A stretch of 64,000 nt of DNA from Vicinamibacterales bacterium (GCA_040081715.1 JBEBFY010000015.1:14505-78504), one strand, 5' to 3'; counted from the first letter of the stretch, positions 10,502-21,434 are shown. Notes: generated from the sequence alone by a model not told the origin. Numbers and translations: made by a program.

Positions 10502-11275
10502 GTGACTCGCCTGATTTCTGGCCTGGTGCTGGCGCTCGCGGCGCTGGTAGCCATCTGGTTCCTGCCGACGTTCGCGTTGAGACTGCTCGTGGCAGCCGTC
10601 GCGGCGCTGGGTGCGCGCGAGGTGCTGACGATCCTGCGGGCCGGAGACCTTCGGCCCGCGCCGTGGCTGGCCATGGCGTTCACCGCCGGCTCCAGCCTGG
10701 CGATGGGGGATGTGGCCGCACGCTACAACATCGTCGTCCTAGCCGGGCTGGGCGTGATGCTCATCGAGGTGCTGGCGCGCGGCAACGGACTGGCGGCCGC
10801 AGGCGCTGTGGTTGGCGGCGCGATCTGGGTGGGCGTGCCGCTGGGGCTCCTGGCGCGTGTGCACGACATCGGCGGACCCAGCGCCGTGCTCCTCCTGCTG
10901 GGCACAGTGGTCGTGAGCGACTCCTCGCAGTACTACACGGGGCGTCTCCTGGGCCGTCATCTGCTGGCCCCGACCGTGAGCCCGAAGAAGACGATCGAGG
11001 GCGCCCTCGGTGGCGTGGTGTTCGGCACTGCCGCCATGGTGCTGGGCGGGCGATGGGTGCTGCCGTATGTCGGGGTCCCGCTGCTGGTCGGGACCGGACT
11101 GGCGGTGGTGCTGCTGGGCATCTGCGGTGACCTGTTCGAGTCGCGACTCAAGCGCCTGGCGGGGCTGAAGGACAGCTCCTCACTGATCCCCGGTCACGGT
11201 GGCGTGCTGGACCGCATCGACGCGCTCCTGTTCGCGGCTCCGGCGTTCTACCTGCTGCTGGGGTCATCGCTCTGA
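10502..11275 (+). CDS. cdsA: phosphatidate cytidylyltransferase
   Basis: GTG start, polytopic membrane protein. It has SPKKTIEG and GHGGVLDRIDA signature motifs. Confidence 0.9.
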   Translation: MTRLISGLVLALAALVAIWFLPTFALRLLVAAVAALGAREVLTILRAGDLRPAPWLAMAFTAGSSLAMGDVAARYNIVVLAGLGVMLIEVLARGNGLAAAGAVVGGAIWVGVPLGLLARVHDIGGPSAVLLLLGTVVVSDSSQYYTGRLLGRHLLAPTVSPKKTIEGALGGVVFGTAAMVLGGRWVLPYVGVPLLVGTGLAVVLLGICGDLFESRLKRLAGLKDSSSLIPGHGGVLDRIDALLFAAPAFYLLLGSSL

Positions 11276-11283
11276 GCGCGGCC

Positions 11284-12450
11284 ATGAAGGGGATCGCCAT
11301 CCTCGGCTCCACGGGATCCATCGGGCAGAGCGCGCTCCGCGTCGTGGACGCGCACCCCGACCGGCTGCGGGTGGTGGGTTTGGCCGCCGGTGACAACGTC
11401 GAACGGTTCGCCGCGCAGGTGCGCCGCTACCAGCCTGTGGTGGCCGCGCTCGCCACGCCGGCTGGCGTGGACCGTCTGCGCCAGAGCGGAGTGCCACTGC
11501 CGTCGAGGCTCGCGTGCGGCACGGACGGGCTGATCGAGGTGGCCACCCACCCCGACGCCGACATCGTGATCTGTGCGTCCTCCGGCAGCGCGGGGCTCGA
11601 GGCGGTGCTGGCGGCCGTGGCGGCAGGCAAAACGGCGGCCGTGGCCAACAAGGAAGTGCTCGTCATGGCCGGTGAACTGGTGACGCGCACCGCGGCGGCG
11701 CACGGCGCGGTCATTCTGCCCGTGGACAGCGAGCACAACGCGATTCACCAGTGCCTCGACGGCCGCAGGCCCGGCGACATCCGCCGACTGATTCTCACGG
11801 CGTCCGGCGGCCCCTTCCGGCGGCACACCGCGCAGCAGATGGCCGGCGTTACGGTGCAGGCCGCCCTCCAGCACCCGACCTGGCAGATGGGCCGCAAGAT
11901 CACCATCGACTCGGCCACGCTCATGAACAAGGGCTTGGAGGTGATCGAAGCCCGGTGGCTCTTCGGCATCGAGGCGGACCGCATCGACGTGGTCGTGCAC
12001 CCGCAGTCGGTCGTGCACTCGATGGTCGAGTTCGTGGACGGGTCCGTCCTGGCGCAACTGGGCGTCACCGACATGCGCCTGCCTATCCAGTACGCCTGCT
12101 CGTACCCGGAGCGATGGACAGCGGCCCTGCCGCCGCTCGACCTGACGAAGACCGGGCCGCTGGAGTTCGAGGCGCCGGACCAGGACCGGTTCCCGTGCCT
12201 GGGCCTGGCGTATCAGGCGCTTCGGGCCGGAGGGAGCCTGCCGTGCGTGCTCAATGCCGCCAATGAAGTGGCCGTCGAGGCCTTCCTGCAGGGAGTCCTG
12301 AACTTTCCGGGCATTGCAGACGTCATACGCTCCACCATGGAGGCCCACGTGCCGGCACTGGTGGATTCCCTGCCCGCCGTGCGGGCAGTGGACGCCTGGG
12401 CCCGCCAGCAGGCGGCCGCGCTTATCCCAACGGCTACAATGAAGGCTTGA
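11284..12450 (+). CDS. dxr: 1-deoxy-D-xylulose-5-phosphate reductoisomerase
   Basis: ILGSTGSIGQSAL NADPH loop, LANKE-like VANKE, and PVDSEHNAI are present. Confidence 0.95.
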   Translation: MKGIAILGSTGSIGQSALRVVDAHPDRLRVVGLAAGDNVERFAAQVRRYQPVVAALATPAGVDRLRQSGVPLPSRLACGTDGLIEVATHPDADIVICASSGSAGLEAVLAAVAAGKTAAVANKEVLVMAGELVTRTAAAHGAVILPVDSEHNAIHQCLDGRRPGDIRRLILTASGGPFRRHTAQQMAGVTVQAALQHPTWQMGRKITIDSATLMNKGLEVIEARWLFGIEADRIDVVVHPQSVVHSMVEFVDGSVLAQLGVTDMRLPIQYACSYPERWTAALPPLDLTKTGPLEFEAPDQDRFPCLGLAYQALRAGGSLPCVLNAANEVAVEAFLQGVLNFPGIADVIRSTMEAHVPALVDSLPAVRAVDAWARQQAAALIPTATMKA

Positions 12451-12457
12451 GGTTCCT

Positions 12458-13777
12458 GTGACCACTCTGCTGTCATTTCTCTTCGTCCTGGGCGTGCTGA
12501 TCTTTGTGCACGAACTCGGGCATTTCCTGGCCGCTCGCCGCCTCGGTGTGCGCGTGCTGACCTTCTCGCTCGGTTTCGGGCCGAAGCTCTTCACTGTGAA
12601 GCGCGGCGACACCGACTACTGCATAAGCCTCATCCCGCTCGGCGGCTACGTGAAGATGGCCGGCGATACCGTCGAGGACTCGCTGGCCGGAAAGCCGGAC
12701 GAGTTCATGTCCAAGACGAAGTGGGAGCGCTTCCAGATCCTGATCGCCGGGCCTGTGATGAACATCCTCCTGGCCTTCGTCGTGACCACCGTGGTGCTGC
12801 TGCAGGGCACCGAGGTGCCCGCGTTCGAGGAAGAGACGCCGGTGCTCGGCGGCGTGATCGCCGGCTCGCCAGCCGCCAAGGCTGGTCTCCAGCGTGGGGA
12901 CACGATCCTGACGGCGGCCGGTGAGAAGGTGGCCACCTGGAACGCCCTCAACCTGGCGATCGCCATCCGTCCCGCGAAGAACGTGACGCTGACCGTCGAT
13001 CGCGCCGGCCAGCCCGTGACCGTGACGCTCCAGACCACGGCGGAGACAAAGTACCAGATAGGGTCGATTGGCGTGCTGCCGGACATCAATCCGATTATCC
13101 GGTCCGCCATCCCGGGCGATCCTGCAGACAAGGCCGGGCTGAAGGCAGGCGACGCCGTGGTCGCCGTCGACGGCGAGCGCGTGGTCCTCTCGAGCGACCT
13201 CGTGAGAGAAGTGTCGAAGCGCGGGGGCAAGACGATCGCGATCACGATCCGCCGCGATGGCCAGGAGCTCCAGATTCCCGTCACGCCCGTGTTTCGCGAC
13301 AACCGCGGCATGATCGGCGTCACGACATCCGAGGCCACGCGGTCATTCCAGCCCGGGCCACTGCAGGCGATTTCGCTGAGCGCCCAGCGTACGGTCGAGG
13401 GCAGCGGCCTCATCTTCAAGACCATTGGAATGTTGCTCTCGGGCGACGCCTCGCCCAAACAGCTCATGGGGCCGGTGGCCATCGCGCAGCTCTCGGGAGA
13501 ATCCGCGCAGGCCGGCTGGGTGGCGCTCTTCGCGCTGATGTCGATGGTCAGCCTCAACCTCGGCGTGTTGAACCTGATGCCCATCCCAGTGCTCGACGGC
13601 GGGCACATCCTCATTCTTCTGCTCGAAGGCGTGGCCCGGCGCGACTTCAGCGCGCGGGTCAAGGAGCGGATGTTGACGGCCGGCTTCGTCGTGCTGATGA
13701 CGCTGATGGTGACGGTGATCTACAACGACCTCGCCCGCATCAGTTGGATCGAGGGCCTGATGCCCTGGCGCAACTAG
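12458..13777 (+). CDS. rseP: RIP (site-2) metalloprotease
   Basis: GTG start. It has the HELGHF zinc motif, internal PDZ-like segments and a C-terminal NLMPIPVLDGGH motif. This is the conserved uppS-cdsA-dxr-rseP order. Confidence 0.93.
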   Translation: MTTLLSFLFVLGVLIFVHELGHFLAARRLGVRVLTFSLGFGPKLFTVKRGDTDYCISLIPLGGYVKMAGDTVEDSLAGKPDEFMSKTKWERFQILIAGPVMNILLAFVVTTVVLLQGTEVPAFEEETPVLGGVIAGSPAAKAGLQRGDTILTAAGEKVATWNALNLAIAIRPAKNVTLTVDRAGQPVTVTLQTTAETKYQIGSIGVLPDINPIIRSAIPGDPADKAGLKAGDAVVAVDGERVVLSSDLVREVSKRGGKTIAITIRRDGQELQIPVTPVFRDNRGMIGVTTSEATRSFQPGPLQAISLSAQRTVEGSGLIFKTIGMLLSGDASPKQLMGPVAIAQLSGESAQAGWVALFALMSMVSLNLGVLNLMPIPVLDGGHILILLLEGVARRDFSARVKERMLTAGFVVLMTLMVTVIYNDLARISWIEGLMPWRN

Positions 13778-14370
13778 CGTGCAGGCTGCGGCCGACCTGT
13801 AAACCAGCCGCGGTCCCTGGCAGCAGCGAGTTGCGCGTCCAGATACGCCCACAGGGCCGGGCAGCCGGCTTCCACCTGCGGGCCCACGCGTGTCACCACC
13901 TGTTCGTAGCGGATGCCGTTCTCGCGCCAGCTCTGGCCGTTATTGGCCAGGTTCAGCAGCACCGGCATGGCGCGGTCCACGGCATTCGCGAAGCGTGACT
14001 CCGGCGTCTCACTGCGCTCGAACTCCTCCCACAACCCGGTGAAGTGCGAGCGCTGGGGCTCGGGCAGCAGGCCCAGGACCCGCATGGCCCCGGCCCGTTC
14101 GGCGGCCTGACGCTCGGCGAGACCTTCGGTGGCGTAGACGATCGTGTCGCCGGCGTCGATCTCGCCCACGTCGTGCACCAGCAGCATCTGCACCACCCGG
14201 TTGACGTCGACGGGTGAGGCCGCCAGGTGGGCGAGCGACATCGCCAGCATCGCGATCTGCCAACTGTGCTCGGCCGAATTCTCGTAGCGATCAAGCCCCA
14301 ACGGACGCGTCTTGCGCGTCACGCCCTTGAGCTTGTCGAGTTCCAGGATGAAGTTGACGGTCGGCTGCAT
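13774..14370 (-). CDS. HD-domain phosphohydrolase (YfbR-like 5'-nucleotidase family)
   Basis: Track ORF 13774..14736 trimmed to ATG 14370 (MQPTVNFILELDKLK). ENSAEHSWQ...LVHDVGEIDAGD carries the HD motif. Its ATG overlaps the hemL stop by 1 nt. Confidence 0.83.
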   Translation of the reverse strand: MQPTVNFILELDKLKGVTRKTRPLGLDRYENSAEHSWQIAMLAMSLAHLAASPVDVNRVVQMLLVHDVGEIDAGDTIVYATEGLAERQAAERAGAMRVLGLLPEPQRSHFTGLWEEFERSETPESRFANAVDRAMPVLLNLANNGQSWRENGIRYEQVVTRVGPQVEAGCPALWAYLDAQLAAARDRGWFTGRPQPAR

Positions 14371-15677
14371 CACGCCCGTCGTGAGCGGGCCACGTCCTTC
14401 ATGGCGGCCTCGGCAGTTTCGATGGTTTTCGCCACGTCCCGTTCGGTATGCGCGGCCGAGAGGAACCACGCCTCGAACTGGGAGGGCGGGGGATAGACGC
14501 CCCGTTTCAGCATGCCCCGGAAGAACACGCCGTACGCCGTCGCGTCCGCCTGCATGGCGGACGTGCAATCGGTCACAGGCTGGTCCGTGAAGAACGGCGT
14601 CACGAGTGATCCGAACGCGTTGACCTGCAGCGGCACTCCGGCGGCCCGTGCCGCGTCGGCGAAGCCGGAGGCCAGCATGGCGCCCAGGTACGCCAGGTTG
14701 GCGTAGAGCTTCGGCGTAAGCCTGCCGAGCGCCCACAGGCCCGCGGTCATGGCGAGGGGGTTACCGGAAAGCGTGCCGGCCTGATACACGGGCCCGGCCG
14801 GTGAGACAAGCGACATCAGGTCCGCGCGTCCGCCATACGCGCCCACCGGCAGGCCTCCACCGATGATCTTGCCGAGGCAGGTGAGGTCGGGCGTGATGCC
14901 GAACAGGCCCTGCGCACCGCCGGCCGACGCCCGGAAGCCCGAGATCACTTCGTCGAACACGAGCAGCGCGCCGTGCTTCGTGCAGAGGTCTCGCAGGCCC
15001 TGCAGGAACCCTGGTGCGGGCGGTACCACGCCGATGTTGCCGGCGATGGGCTCGACGATCACAGCCGCGATGCTCTTCCTGTGTGCCTTGAAGAGGCGCT
15101 GAACGGATGCGAGGTCGTTGTAGGTAGCCAGGAGCGTGTCCGCGGCCACGGCCTTCGCCACGCCCGGGCTTGTGGGCACGCCGAGCGTGAGGGCGCCAGA
15201 CCCGGCCTTCACCAGGAACGCGTCGCTGTGGCCGTGATAGCAGCCCTCGAACTTGATGATGCGGTCGCGTTTCGTGGCGGCCCTGGCCACGCGCACGGCG
15301 CTCATCGCGGCCTCTGTGCCCGAGCTGACGAAGCGGACGCGCTCCAGCGACGGCATCAGCTCGCGGACACGCTCACCGAGCTGGTGTTCGAGCGGGCTGG
15401 GTGCGCCGAAGCTGGTGCCCGACTTCGCGGCCGTCGTGAGCGCCCGGGTGAGGCCCGGCGGGGCGTGGCCGTGAATGAGCGGCCCCCACGACATGACGTA
15501 GTCGATGAAGACGTTGCCGTCCACATCGTGCAGGCGGGCGCCCGCCCCCTTCTTTACGAAGAGGGGCGAGGCTCCGACGGACCTGAACGCACGAACGGGA
15601 CTATCGACACCGCCGGGAAGGATCTGCTGGGCGCGGGCGAAGAGCTTCTGACTCTGAACGGGACGTTTCATGTACAC
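14370..15677 (-). CDS. hemL: glutamate-1-semialdehyde 2,1-aminomutase
   Basis: 435 aa class-III aminotransferase. GGVDSPVRAF and the FDEVISGFR..LGKIIGGG region are diagnostic. Confidence 0.95.
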   Translation of the reverse strand: MYMKRPVQSQKLFARAQQILPGGVDSPVRAFRSVGASPLFVKKGAGARLHDVDGNVFIDYVMSWGPLIHGHAPPGLTRALTTAAKSGTSFGAPSPLEHQLGERVRELMPSLERVRFVSSGTEAAMSAVRVARAATKRDRIIKFEGCYHGHSDAFLVKAGSGALTLGVPTSPGVAKAVAADTLLATYNDLASVQRLFKAHRKSIAAVIVEPIAGNIGVVPPAPGFLQGLRDLCTKHGALLVFDEVISGFRASAGGAQGLFGITPDLTCLGKIIGGGLPVGAYGGRADLMSLVSPAGPVYQAGTLSGNPLAMTAGLWALGRLTPKLYANLAYLGAMLASGFADAARAAGVPLQVNAFGSLVTPFFTDQPVTDCTSAMQADATAYGVFFRGMLKRGVYPPPSQFEAWFLSAAHTERDVAKTIETAEAAMKDVARSRRA

Positions 15678-15725
15678 AAAGTCTAGTGCCGGCGGCCGGC
15701 GCCGGAAGATCGTGCCCGAGGAACG

Positions 15726-16736
15726 CTACAACGCCCGGGCGGCTTCGCGGGCGTAGTAAGTGATGATGATGTCCGCGCCGGCCCGCGCAATGGAGGTCAG
15801 CGTTTCCAGCATCGCCCGCCGCTCGTCCAGCCAGCCATTCCGCGCGGCGGCCTTGAGCATCGCGTACTCGCCGCTCACGTGGTACGCCGCCGTCGGCACA
15901 TTGAACTGCTGCTTGACGCGCGAGATCACGTCCAGGTACGTGAGCGCGGGCTTGACCATCACGATGTCCGCGCCTTCCGCCAGGTCCAGCTCCACTTCCC
16001 GAAGCGCTTCTTCGACGTTGGCCGGGTCCATCTGGTGGCTGCGGCGATCACCGAACTGGGGGGCGGAGTCCGCGGCGTCGCGGAACGGGCCGTAGAAGGC
16101 GGAGCAGTACTTCGCCGCATAGGACATCAGGCCGACCCGGTCGTGCCCGGCTGCATCGAGAGCCGAACGGATGGCGCCGACGCGGCCGTCCATCATGTCG
16201 GAGGGCGCCACGAAGTCCGCGCCCGCCTCGGCGTGAGAGAGCGCCGCCTTCACCAGTTCCGCCACCGTGGCGTCGTTCACAATCTCCTCGCCGCACATCA
16301 GGCCGCAATGGCCATGCGACGTGTACTCGCACAGACAGACGTCGGTGAAGACCACGGTGTCCTTCACCTCGCGCTTGATCGCGCGGACAGCAGACTGCAC
16401 GGGCGCGTTCGGGTCCGAAGCCAGTGAGCCCGTCTCATCCTTGGAGGCCGGGAGCCCGAAAAGCAGCACACCGGGAACACCGTCCGCCCTTGCCGCCGCG
16501 GCTTCCTTGACCGCCTCGTCCACGGAGAGCTGAAACACACCGGGCATCGAGCCTACTTCCCGGCGCACGCCCTCGCCCTCGCAGACAAACATCGGGTAGA
16601 CGAGGCGGTCCGCGGTCAGGCGCGTTTCGCGAACGTAGCCACGGATGGCCTCGGTCCGGCGGAGCCGGCGGGGGCGGTGGGTGAGGGGCAGCAACATGGA
16701 GGTCATTCTAGTAGCTCGGTGCAAACCACTGCCCAC
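15726..16736 (-). CDS. hemB: porphobilinogen synthase
   Basis: HRPRRLRR N-terminal motif, active-site region [14 protein letters not shown], and PSDMMDGRV. The start is ambiguous: GTG 16736 or ATG 16706. Confidence 0.92.
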   Translation of the reverse strand: MGSGLHRATRMTSMLLPLTHRPRRLRRTEAIRGYVRETRLTADRLVYPMFVCEGEGVRREVGSMPGVFQLSVDEAVKEAAAARADGVPGVLLFGLPASKDETGSLASDPNAPVQSAVRAIKREVKDTVVFTDVCLCEYTSHGHCGLMCGEEIVNDATVAELVKAALSHAEAGADFVAPSDMMDGRVGAIRSALDAAGHDRVGLMSYAAKYCSAFYGPFRDAADSAPQFGDRRSHQMDPANVEEALREVELDLAEGADIVMVKPALTYLDVISRVKQQFNVPTAAYHVSGEYAMLKAAARNGWLDERRAMLETLTSIARAGADIIITYYAREAARAL

Positions 16737-16741
16737 CCGTG

Positions 16742-18283
16742 TCAGGTCCGGCTGGCCCGGGTGAAGTGCGCGGCGATCGCGTCGGCCAGTGCCGGAGTCG
16801 TGTGCTGCGCGGGCTGGATGCTGACGGCGATGCCGAGCGAGGCGGCCACGTCCGTCGTCGCAGGGCCGACCGAGGCTACCGCGGTGCGACGCAGCAGGTC
16901 GGCTGAGGCGTCCTCCCCGAACAGCTTCACGAACGTCCGGACGGCCGACCCGCTGGTGAAGGTCACGCAGTCCAGAGCGCCGTCCAGCAGCATCCGGTAG
17001 ACGTCGGGTTCGTCGTCGCCGAGCGCGTCGCGGGCGACCGTGCGGTACGCGGTGACCTCGGTCACCACCGCGCCCGCCTGGCCGAGTTTCTCGGCGAGCA
17101 CGTCGCGGCCGAGGTCGCCCCTGGGCAGTAGCACCTTCCGCCCGGCCAGGGGGCCCTGGGCCTCAAGGGCCGCGAAGGCGCCCTCCGCGTGGAATTCCTG
17201 GGGCACGAGGTCCGCCAGCAGGTGGTAGCTCGCCAGCCGGGCCGCGGTCGCCGGGCCAACCGCGCAGAGGCGCACGCCACCGAGCGCACGGGCGTCCTGG
17301 CGGAGCGCGGCGAGCGCGCCCATGTACGCGTCCACGGCGTTGACGCTGGTGAACACCACCCAGTCGTACTGCCCGGAACTGGCCGCCGCCAGTTCCAGCG
17401 CGCCTGGGTCCAGCGCCGGACGAATCTCGATGAGGGGCAGTTCGATTACCCGGGCACCGAGCGCGGTGAGGCGTGCGCTGAACTCCGCGGCCTGATCCTT
17501 CGGACGGGTGACCAGTACGCTCCGGCCGAAGAGCGGCCGGGCGTCGAACCATCGCAGGTGCTCCCGGAAGCGGACCACGCGTCCAACGATCAGCAGGCCG
17601 CCTTCGCGCCGCGTCTGCCCACCGAGGGCCTCGGCCAGGGCGCCGACGGTGGACACCTCCGTCGTCTGCGACGGAAGCGTGCCGTTCCGGACAATGGCAG
17701 CCGGCATGTCAGGTGGGCAGCCGTGGGTCACCAGCGCCTGCAGCATCCGCGGCAGTTGATGCGCGCTGGCGCATGAGAGCACCGTGCCGTTCAGCCCGGC
17801 CACGGCCTTCCAGTCCACGTCCGGCATCGTGGTGCCGGTGTCGTCCTGGCCGCGGATGATGGTCAGCGTGTCGCCCGCGCCAGGGTAGGTCACCGGGATG
17901 CCGGCAAAAGCCGACGCCGCGACGGCAATCGGCACACCAGGCACGATCTCGAGGTCGACACCCTGCCCCCGCAAAAACAGGGCTTCCTCACCGCCGCGGT
18001 CGAAGAGGAACGGGTCGCCCCACTTCAGCCGGGCCACGCGCTTGCCTTCGTTGGCTTTCTCGACGATGAGGTAGCTGATCGCCTCTTCCGCCAGGGCGCC
18101 AGGCCCCGCATGCCCCACATCGATCCGCTCGGCGTCCGGCCGGGCCAGGGCCAGGATGCGCGGGTCCACCTCGTGGTCGTGCACCACGACGTCCGCCTGT
18201 TCCAGCAGGGCACGTCCGCGAACGGTGATGAGGTCCGGGTCGCCGGGACCCGCGCCGATGAGATACGCCGTCCGGCTGCTCAT
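16742..18283 (-). CDS. bifunctional uroporphyrinogen-III C-methyltransferase / uroporphyrinogen-III synthase
   Basis: Track ORF trimmed to ATG 18283 ([23 protein letters not shown] = SUMT N-terminus). The C-terminal half ([13 protein letters not shown]...) is HemD-like. The start overlaps the hemC stop by 4 nt. Confidence 0.87.
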   Translation of the reverse strand: MSSRTAYLIGAGPGDPDLITVRGRALLEQADVVVHDHEVDPRILALARPDAERIDVGHAGPGALAEEAISYLIVEKANEGKRVARLKWGDPFLFDRGGEEALFLRGQGVDLEIVPGVPIAVAASAFAGIPVTYPGAGDTLTIIRGQDDTGTTMPDVDWKAVAGLNGTVLSCASAHQLPRMLQALVTHGCPPDMPAAIVRNGTLPSQTTEVSTVGALAEALGGQTRREGGLLIVGRVVRFREHLRWFDARPLFGRSVLVTRPKDQAAEFSARLTALGARVIELPLIEIRPALDPGALELAAASSGQYDWVVFTSVNAVDAYMGALAALRQDARALGGVRLCAVGPATAARLASYHLLADLVPQEFHAEGAFAALEAQGPLAGRKVLLPRGDLGRDVLAEKLGQAGAVVTEVTAYRTVARDALGDDEPDVYRMLLDGALDCVTFTSGSAVRTFVKLFGEDASADLLRRTAVASVGPATTDVAASLGIAVSIQPAQHTTPALADAIAAHFTRASRT

Positions 18284-19245
18284 CGCGGACCGGCCTGGGG
18301 CACCTGCGCCGCCTCCGCGAGAATCGCCGCTGCGCCCTGCCTGAGCAGGTCTGCGGCAACGGCCGTGCCGAGCCGCAGGCCGTCGGTGGCTGCGCCGGAC
18401 GCAGTGCCGCGCACGACCCGCGTGCCGTCGAGCGAGGTGACGATGGCGCCGAGCGTCATGGCGTCGCCGCTCACGGTGGCAAAGGCGCCAATCGGCATCT
18501 GGCACCCGCCGCCCAGGGCACGCACGACCTCCCGCTCGGCTGCGAGCGCCTGCGTGGTCGGGGTGTCGTCCAGCGCAGCCAGCAGTGCCCGCGTCCGCGC
18601 GTCGTCGCTGCGGATCTCGAGGGCGATGATGCCCTGTCCTGGCGCCGGCACGCAGTCGGCCGTGTCGATGGCGTTCGAGATGCGCGCCTCGAAACCGAGC
18701 CGGCGGAGGCCCGCGGCGGCCAGCACGATGGCGTCGAAGTCGCCACTATCCAGCTTGCGCAGGCGCGTATCGAGGTTGCCGCGGATGGGGAGGTACCTGG
18801 CGCCCGGAAACAGCCGCGTCAACTGCGCGATGCGGCGCACGCTGCTCGTACCGATGCGGGGCGAGGTACCAAGGCGCGCGCGAATGGCCTCGAGCGTCGC
18901 GGGCCCCGGCACGGCCCCGGCAGGCAGCACGATGGCGTCCCGCGGATCCTCGCGCGGGAGGACCGCCGCGATGTCGAGGCCGTCCGGCAGCACGGCCGGC
19001 ATGTCCTTGCTGCTGTGGACGGCGAGGTCCACGCTGCCAGCGAGCAGCGCATCCTCGATTTCCTTCACGAAGAGGCGTTTGCCGCCGATCTCCGACAGCG
19101 AGGCTTCGGCCAGCCGGTCGCCGGAGGTCCTGATGACGACGATTTCGGTGGGCGTGCCCGTCCGTTCACGGAGAAGCGCCGCGGTGGTGTTGGCCTGATA
19201 GAGCGCGAGCTGGCTGCCGCGCGTGCCGATCCGGAGTGTGGTCAT
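18280..19245 (-). CDS. hemC: hydroxymethylbilane synthase
   Basis: LRIGTRGSQLALYQA N-terminus, GNLDTRL motif, and the cofactor Cys region GGCQMPIGA. Confidence 0.93.
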   Translation of the reverse strand: MTTLRIGTRGSQLALYQANTTAALLRERTGTPTEIVVIRTSGDRLAEASLSEIGGKRLFVKEIEDALLAGSVDLAVHSSKDMPAVLPDGLDIAAVLPREDPRDAIVLPAGAVPGPATLEAIRARLGTSPRIGTSSVRRIAQLTRLFPGARYLPIRGNLDTRLRKLDSGDFDAIVLAAAGLRRLGFEARISNAIDTADCVPAPGQGIIALEIRSDDARTRALLAALDDTPTTQALAAEREVVRALGGGCQMPIGAFATVSGDAMTLGAIVTSLDGTRVVRGTASGAATDGLRLGTAVAADLLRQGAAAILAEAAQVPQAGPR

Positions 19246-19271
19246 GGGACGTGAAGCGAACGGCTGGAAAA

Positions 19272-20600
19272 TCAGCGGGGGTCTTCCGTGGACGGGCGCT
19301 TCGCCGCGCCGGCCTCACGAGCGGTTACCGGGGCGCCGTCATCCGCACGCAGCCCGAACAGCCGTCGGACGGCGTCGGCGTAGGCCACCTGCGTTTCCTC
19401 GTCCGGCAACGCCTTCAGTTGTTCGGTCGGCTCGAGCAGGAGCTTCTCTACGATGAGCCGGGTGATCTCGTCCACGCGCGCACGGGTGTCGGCATCAAGG
19501 CCGGAGAGCTTGGAGTCAAGGCGCTGCAGCTCCGCGCGGCGAATCGTGTCGAACTGCTGGCGGAGCGCCACCACCGTCGGCACAACTGTGCGGGACCTCC
19601 GCCACGCCATGAAGCGGCCCACTTCCTCGGCGACGATCTCTTCAGCACGCTGAATCTCGGCGGATCGGCGGGAGAGGTTCTCCTGGACGATGGTCTGGAG
19701 GTCGTCCACGTTGTAGAGGAACACCTGCTCGATGTCGCCGGCTCCGGGCTCCACGTCCCGCGGGATGGCGATGTCGATGATGAAGAGCGGCTCGCGGCGG
19801 TCCATGACCGCCGCGACGTTGGCCTTCGTGATGATGGGGAGCTGTGAGCCGGTGGCGGTGATCACGATGTCGGCATTGCCGAGCGCGGGCAGCAGTTCGC
19901 TCCACGGCACGGCCCGGCCATCGACGGCCACGGCGATCTCCACGGCACGGGCCTGCGTCCGTCCGGTGATGACGATGTCGCCCACGCCCTGCGTCCGCAG
20001 ATGCTGGGCCGTGAGCTTGCCCATCTCCCCGGCCCCGATCACGAGCACGCGGCGGCCGGCCAGCTTGCCGAAGATCTTGCGCGCGAGCTGCACGGCGGCA
20101 AAGCTCACGGACACGGCGCCTTCGCCGAGGGCCGTTTCGGTGCGCACGCGCTTGCCGACGGCGAACGACGACGTGAAGAGCTTGTTCAGGAAGGGGCCCG
20201 CGCAGCGCCGCTCGGAGGCCACGCCGAAGGCATCCTTGACCTGCCCCAGCACCTGGGGTTCTCCCACCACCAGCGAGTCGAGTCCGGCCGCCACCCGAAA
20301 CAGATGGTGCGCTACCTGGTCGTCCTCGCGGGCGAACAGGTGCGGCACGAACTGGTCGGCCGGCAACTGGTGATACTCCGCGAGGAACCGCACCAGTTCC
20401 TGTTTCGTCTGCGCGACGTCCTCGCTGGCCACGTACATCTCGGACCGGTTGCAGGTCGAGAGCACCACGGTTTCGGCCGCACCGGTCCGTGCGCACAGCG
20501 CCTCCACTGCGGCGCCGACGTCACGGCTGGAAAAATCCAGCCGCTCCCGCAGCTCCACGGGGGCCGTGCGATGGCTGACGCCAAGAAGGAACAGATGCAC
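19272..20600 (-). CDS. hemA: glutamyl-tRNA reductase
   Basis: The 651-aa track ORF is trimmed to GTG 20600 (VHLFLLGVSHRTAPVELRE). It has the catalytic TCNRSE motif and the NADPH loop VIGAGEMG. The upstream part of the track ORF is the out-of-frame shadow of the neighbouring gene. Confidence 0.92.
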   Translation of the reverse strand: MHLFLLGVSHRTAPVELRERLDFSSRDVGAAVEALCARTGAAETVVLSTCNRSEMYVASEDVAQTKQELVRFLAEYHQLPADQFVPHLFAREDDQVAHHLFRVAAGLDSLVVGEPQVLGQVKDAFGVASERRCAGPFLNKLFTSSFAVGKRVRTETALGEGAVSVSFAAVQLARKIFGKLAGRRVLVIGAGEMGKLTAQHLRTQGVGDIVITGRTQARAVEIAVAVDGRAVPWSELLPALGNADIVITATGSQLPIITKANVAAVMDRREPLFIIDIAIPRDVEPGAGDIEQVFLYNVDDLQTIVQENLSRRSAEIQRAEEIVAEEVGRFMAWRRSRTVVPTVVALRQQFDTIRRAELQRLDSKLSGLDADTRARVDEITRLIVEKLLLEPTEQLKALPDEETQVAYADAVRRLFGLRADDGAPVTAREAGAAKRPSTEDPR

Positions 20601-20608
20601 GCGCGGAC

Positions 20609-21433
20609 CTAGAAGCTGTGAGAGGTCGTGACGAGATAGTTGATGGGCAGGAAGCTGAGCATGACGATCGCGAAGCCCGCCGCCGACAGCCACGCGGCCT
20701 TGCGTCCGCTCCAGCCCATGGTCCGCCGCGCCACGAGCGCGAAGGAGTAGACGACCCAGGTCAGCATGGTCACCAGAATCTTCGGGTCCCCGATGGAGAA
20801 GGCCTGCGCCTGTGGGTCCAGCGGGGAGGCCGCCTGCGCCTGTGTGGCCCAGATGACGCCCACCACGACGCCCACGGTCAGCAGAATCCAGCCGACCGTC
20901 ACCGTCCTGGCGTTCATCACGTCGAGCACCTGGAGCGAGGGCAGGCGTGTGTAGAAGAAGCCGAGGCTCTTCTTCTTGATCTCCTTGAACTGCAGCACGT
21001 AGGTGAGGCCGAGCACACCGGCCAGGGCGAAGCTGGCGTAGGCAAAGAGTAGCGACAGCATATGCACCCAGAACCACGGGCTGTCGAGCAGGGGGTTGGG
21101 CTGCGTGCCCGACGGTGCGACCGTGGAGATCACCTGCAGGACGACGATGATGGGCAGGATGAACACGCCCATGGCGCGTTCCTCGGTCGTCAACTCCGTG
21201 TAGAGATACGACAGGGCAAGCAGCCACGCGAAGGTGGAGGCTGCCCGCGACGCACTCGCGAACGCGGCGTTCCAGACCTCCATGGTCTGCATCCCAATCA
21301 CGAACGTATGGACGAAGGCACCGGCCACCAGCACGGTTGTCGCAGCTCGGCCGACCCCGGCGTCGCGTCGGGCGAAGTGCACCGCATACAAGGCGGCGGC
21401 CACGAGGTAGATGGCGAGGGGGATGGCGTTCAC
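20609..21433 (-). CDS. CcsA-family (HemX-like) cytochrome c assembly-type membrane protein
   Basis: Trimmed to GTG 21433 (VNAIPLAIYL). It is polytopic and ends with a CcsA-like segment ...GDPKILVTMLTWVVY. The Trp-rich WWD motif appears degenerate (WATQAQAASPLDPQAQAFSIGDPK). Its position next to hemA resembles Bacillus hemX. Confidence 0.78.
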   Translation of the reverse strand: MNAIPLAIYLVAAALYAVHFARRDAGVGRAATTVLVAGAFVHTFVIGMQTMEVWNAAFASASRAASTFAWLLALSYLYTELTTEERAMGVFILPIIVVLQVISTVAPSGTQPNPLLDSPWFWVHMLSLLFAYASFALAGVLGLTYVLQFKEIKKKSLGFFYTRLPSLQVLDVMNARTVTVGWILLTVGVVVGVIWATQAQAASPLDPQAQAFSIGDPKILVTMLTWVVYSFALVARRTMGWSGRKAAWLSAAGFAIVMLSFLPINYLVTTSHSF

Positions 21434-21434
21434 G

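Noticed and set aside
11248-12612. A 454-aa minus-strand ORF, plus similar ones at 38204..39961, 48736..50037, 53219..54454, 54549..55430 and 59147..59893.
   Set aside because: All are antisense to genes with strong motif support (dxr, TonB receptor, porin/M23, gdh, CoA-transferase, PQQ enzyme). This is typical of high-GC genomes.
19272-21227. Extended N-termini in the track for hemA (651 aa), cobA::hemD (16742..18505, 587 aa), ctaB (44722..46395, 557 aa), the HD hydrolase (13774..14736) and the VWA protein (21435..22664).
   Set aside because: The extensions are Arg/Pro-rich read-through into the neighbouring gene in another frame. Conserved N-terminal motifs and start/stop overlaps with the upstream genes define the shorter starts used above.
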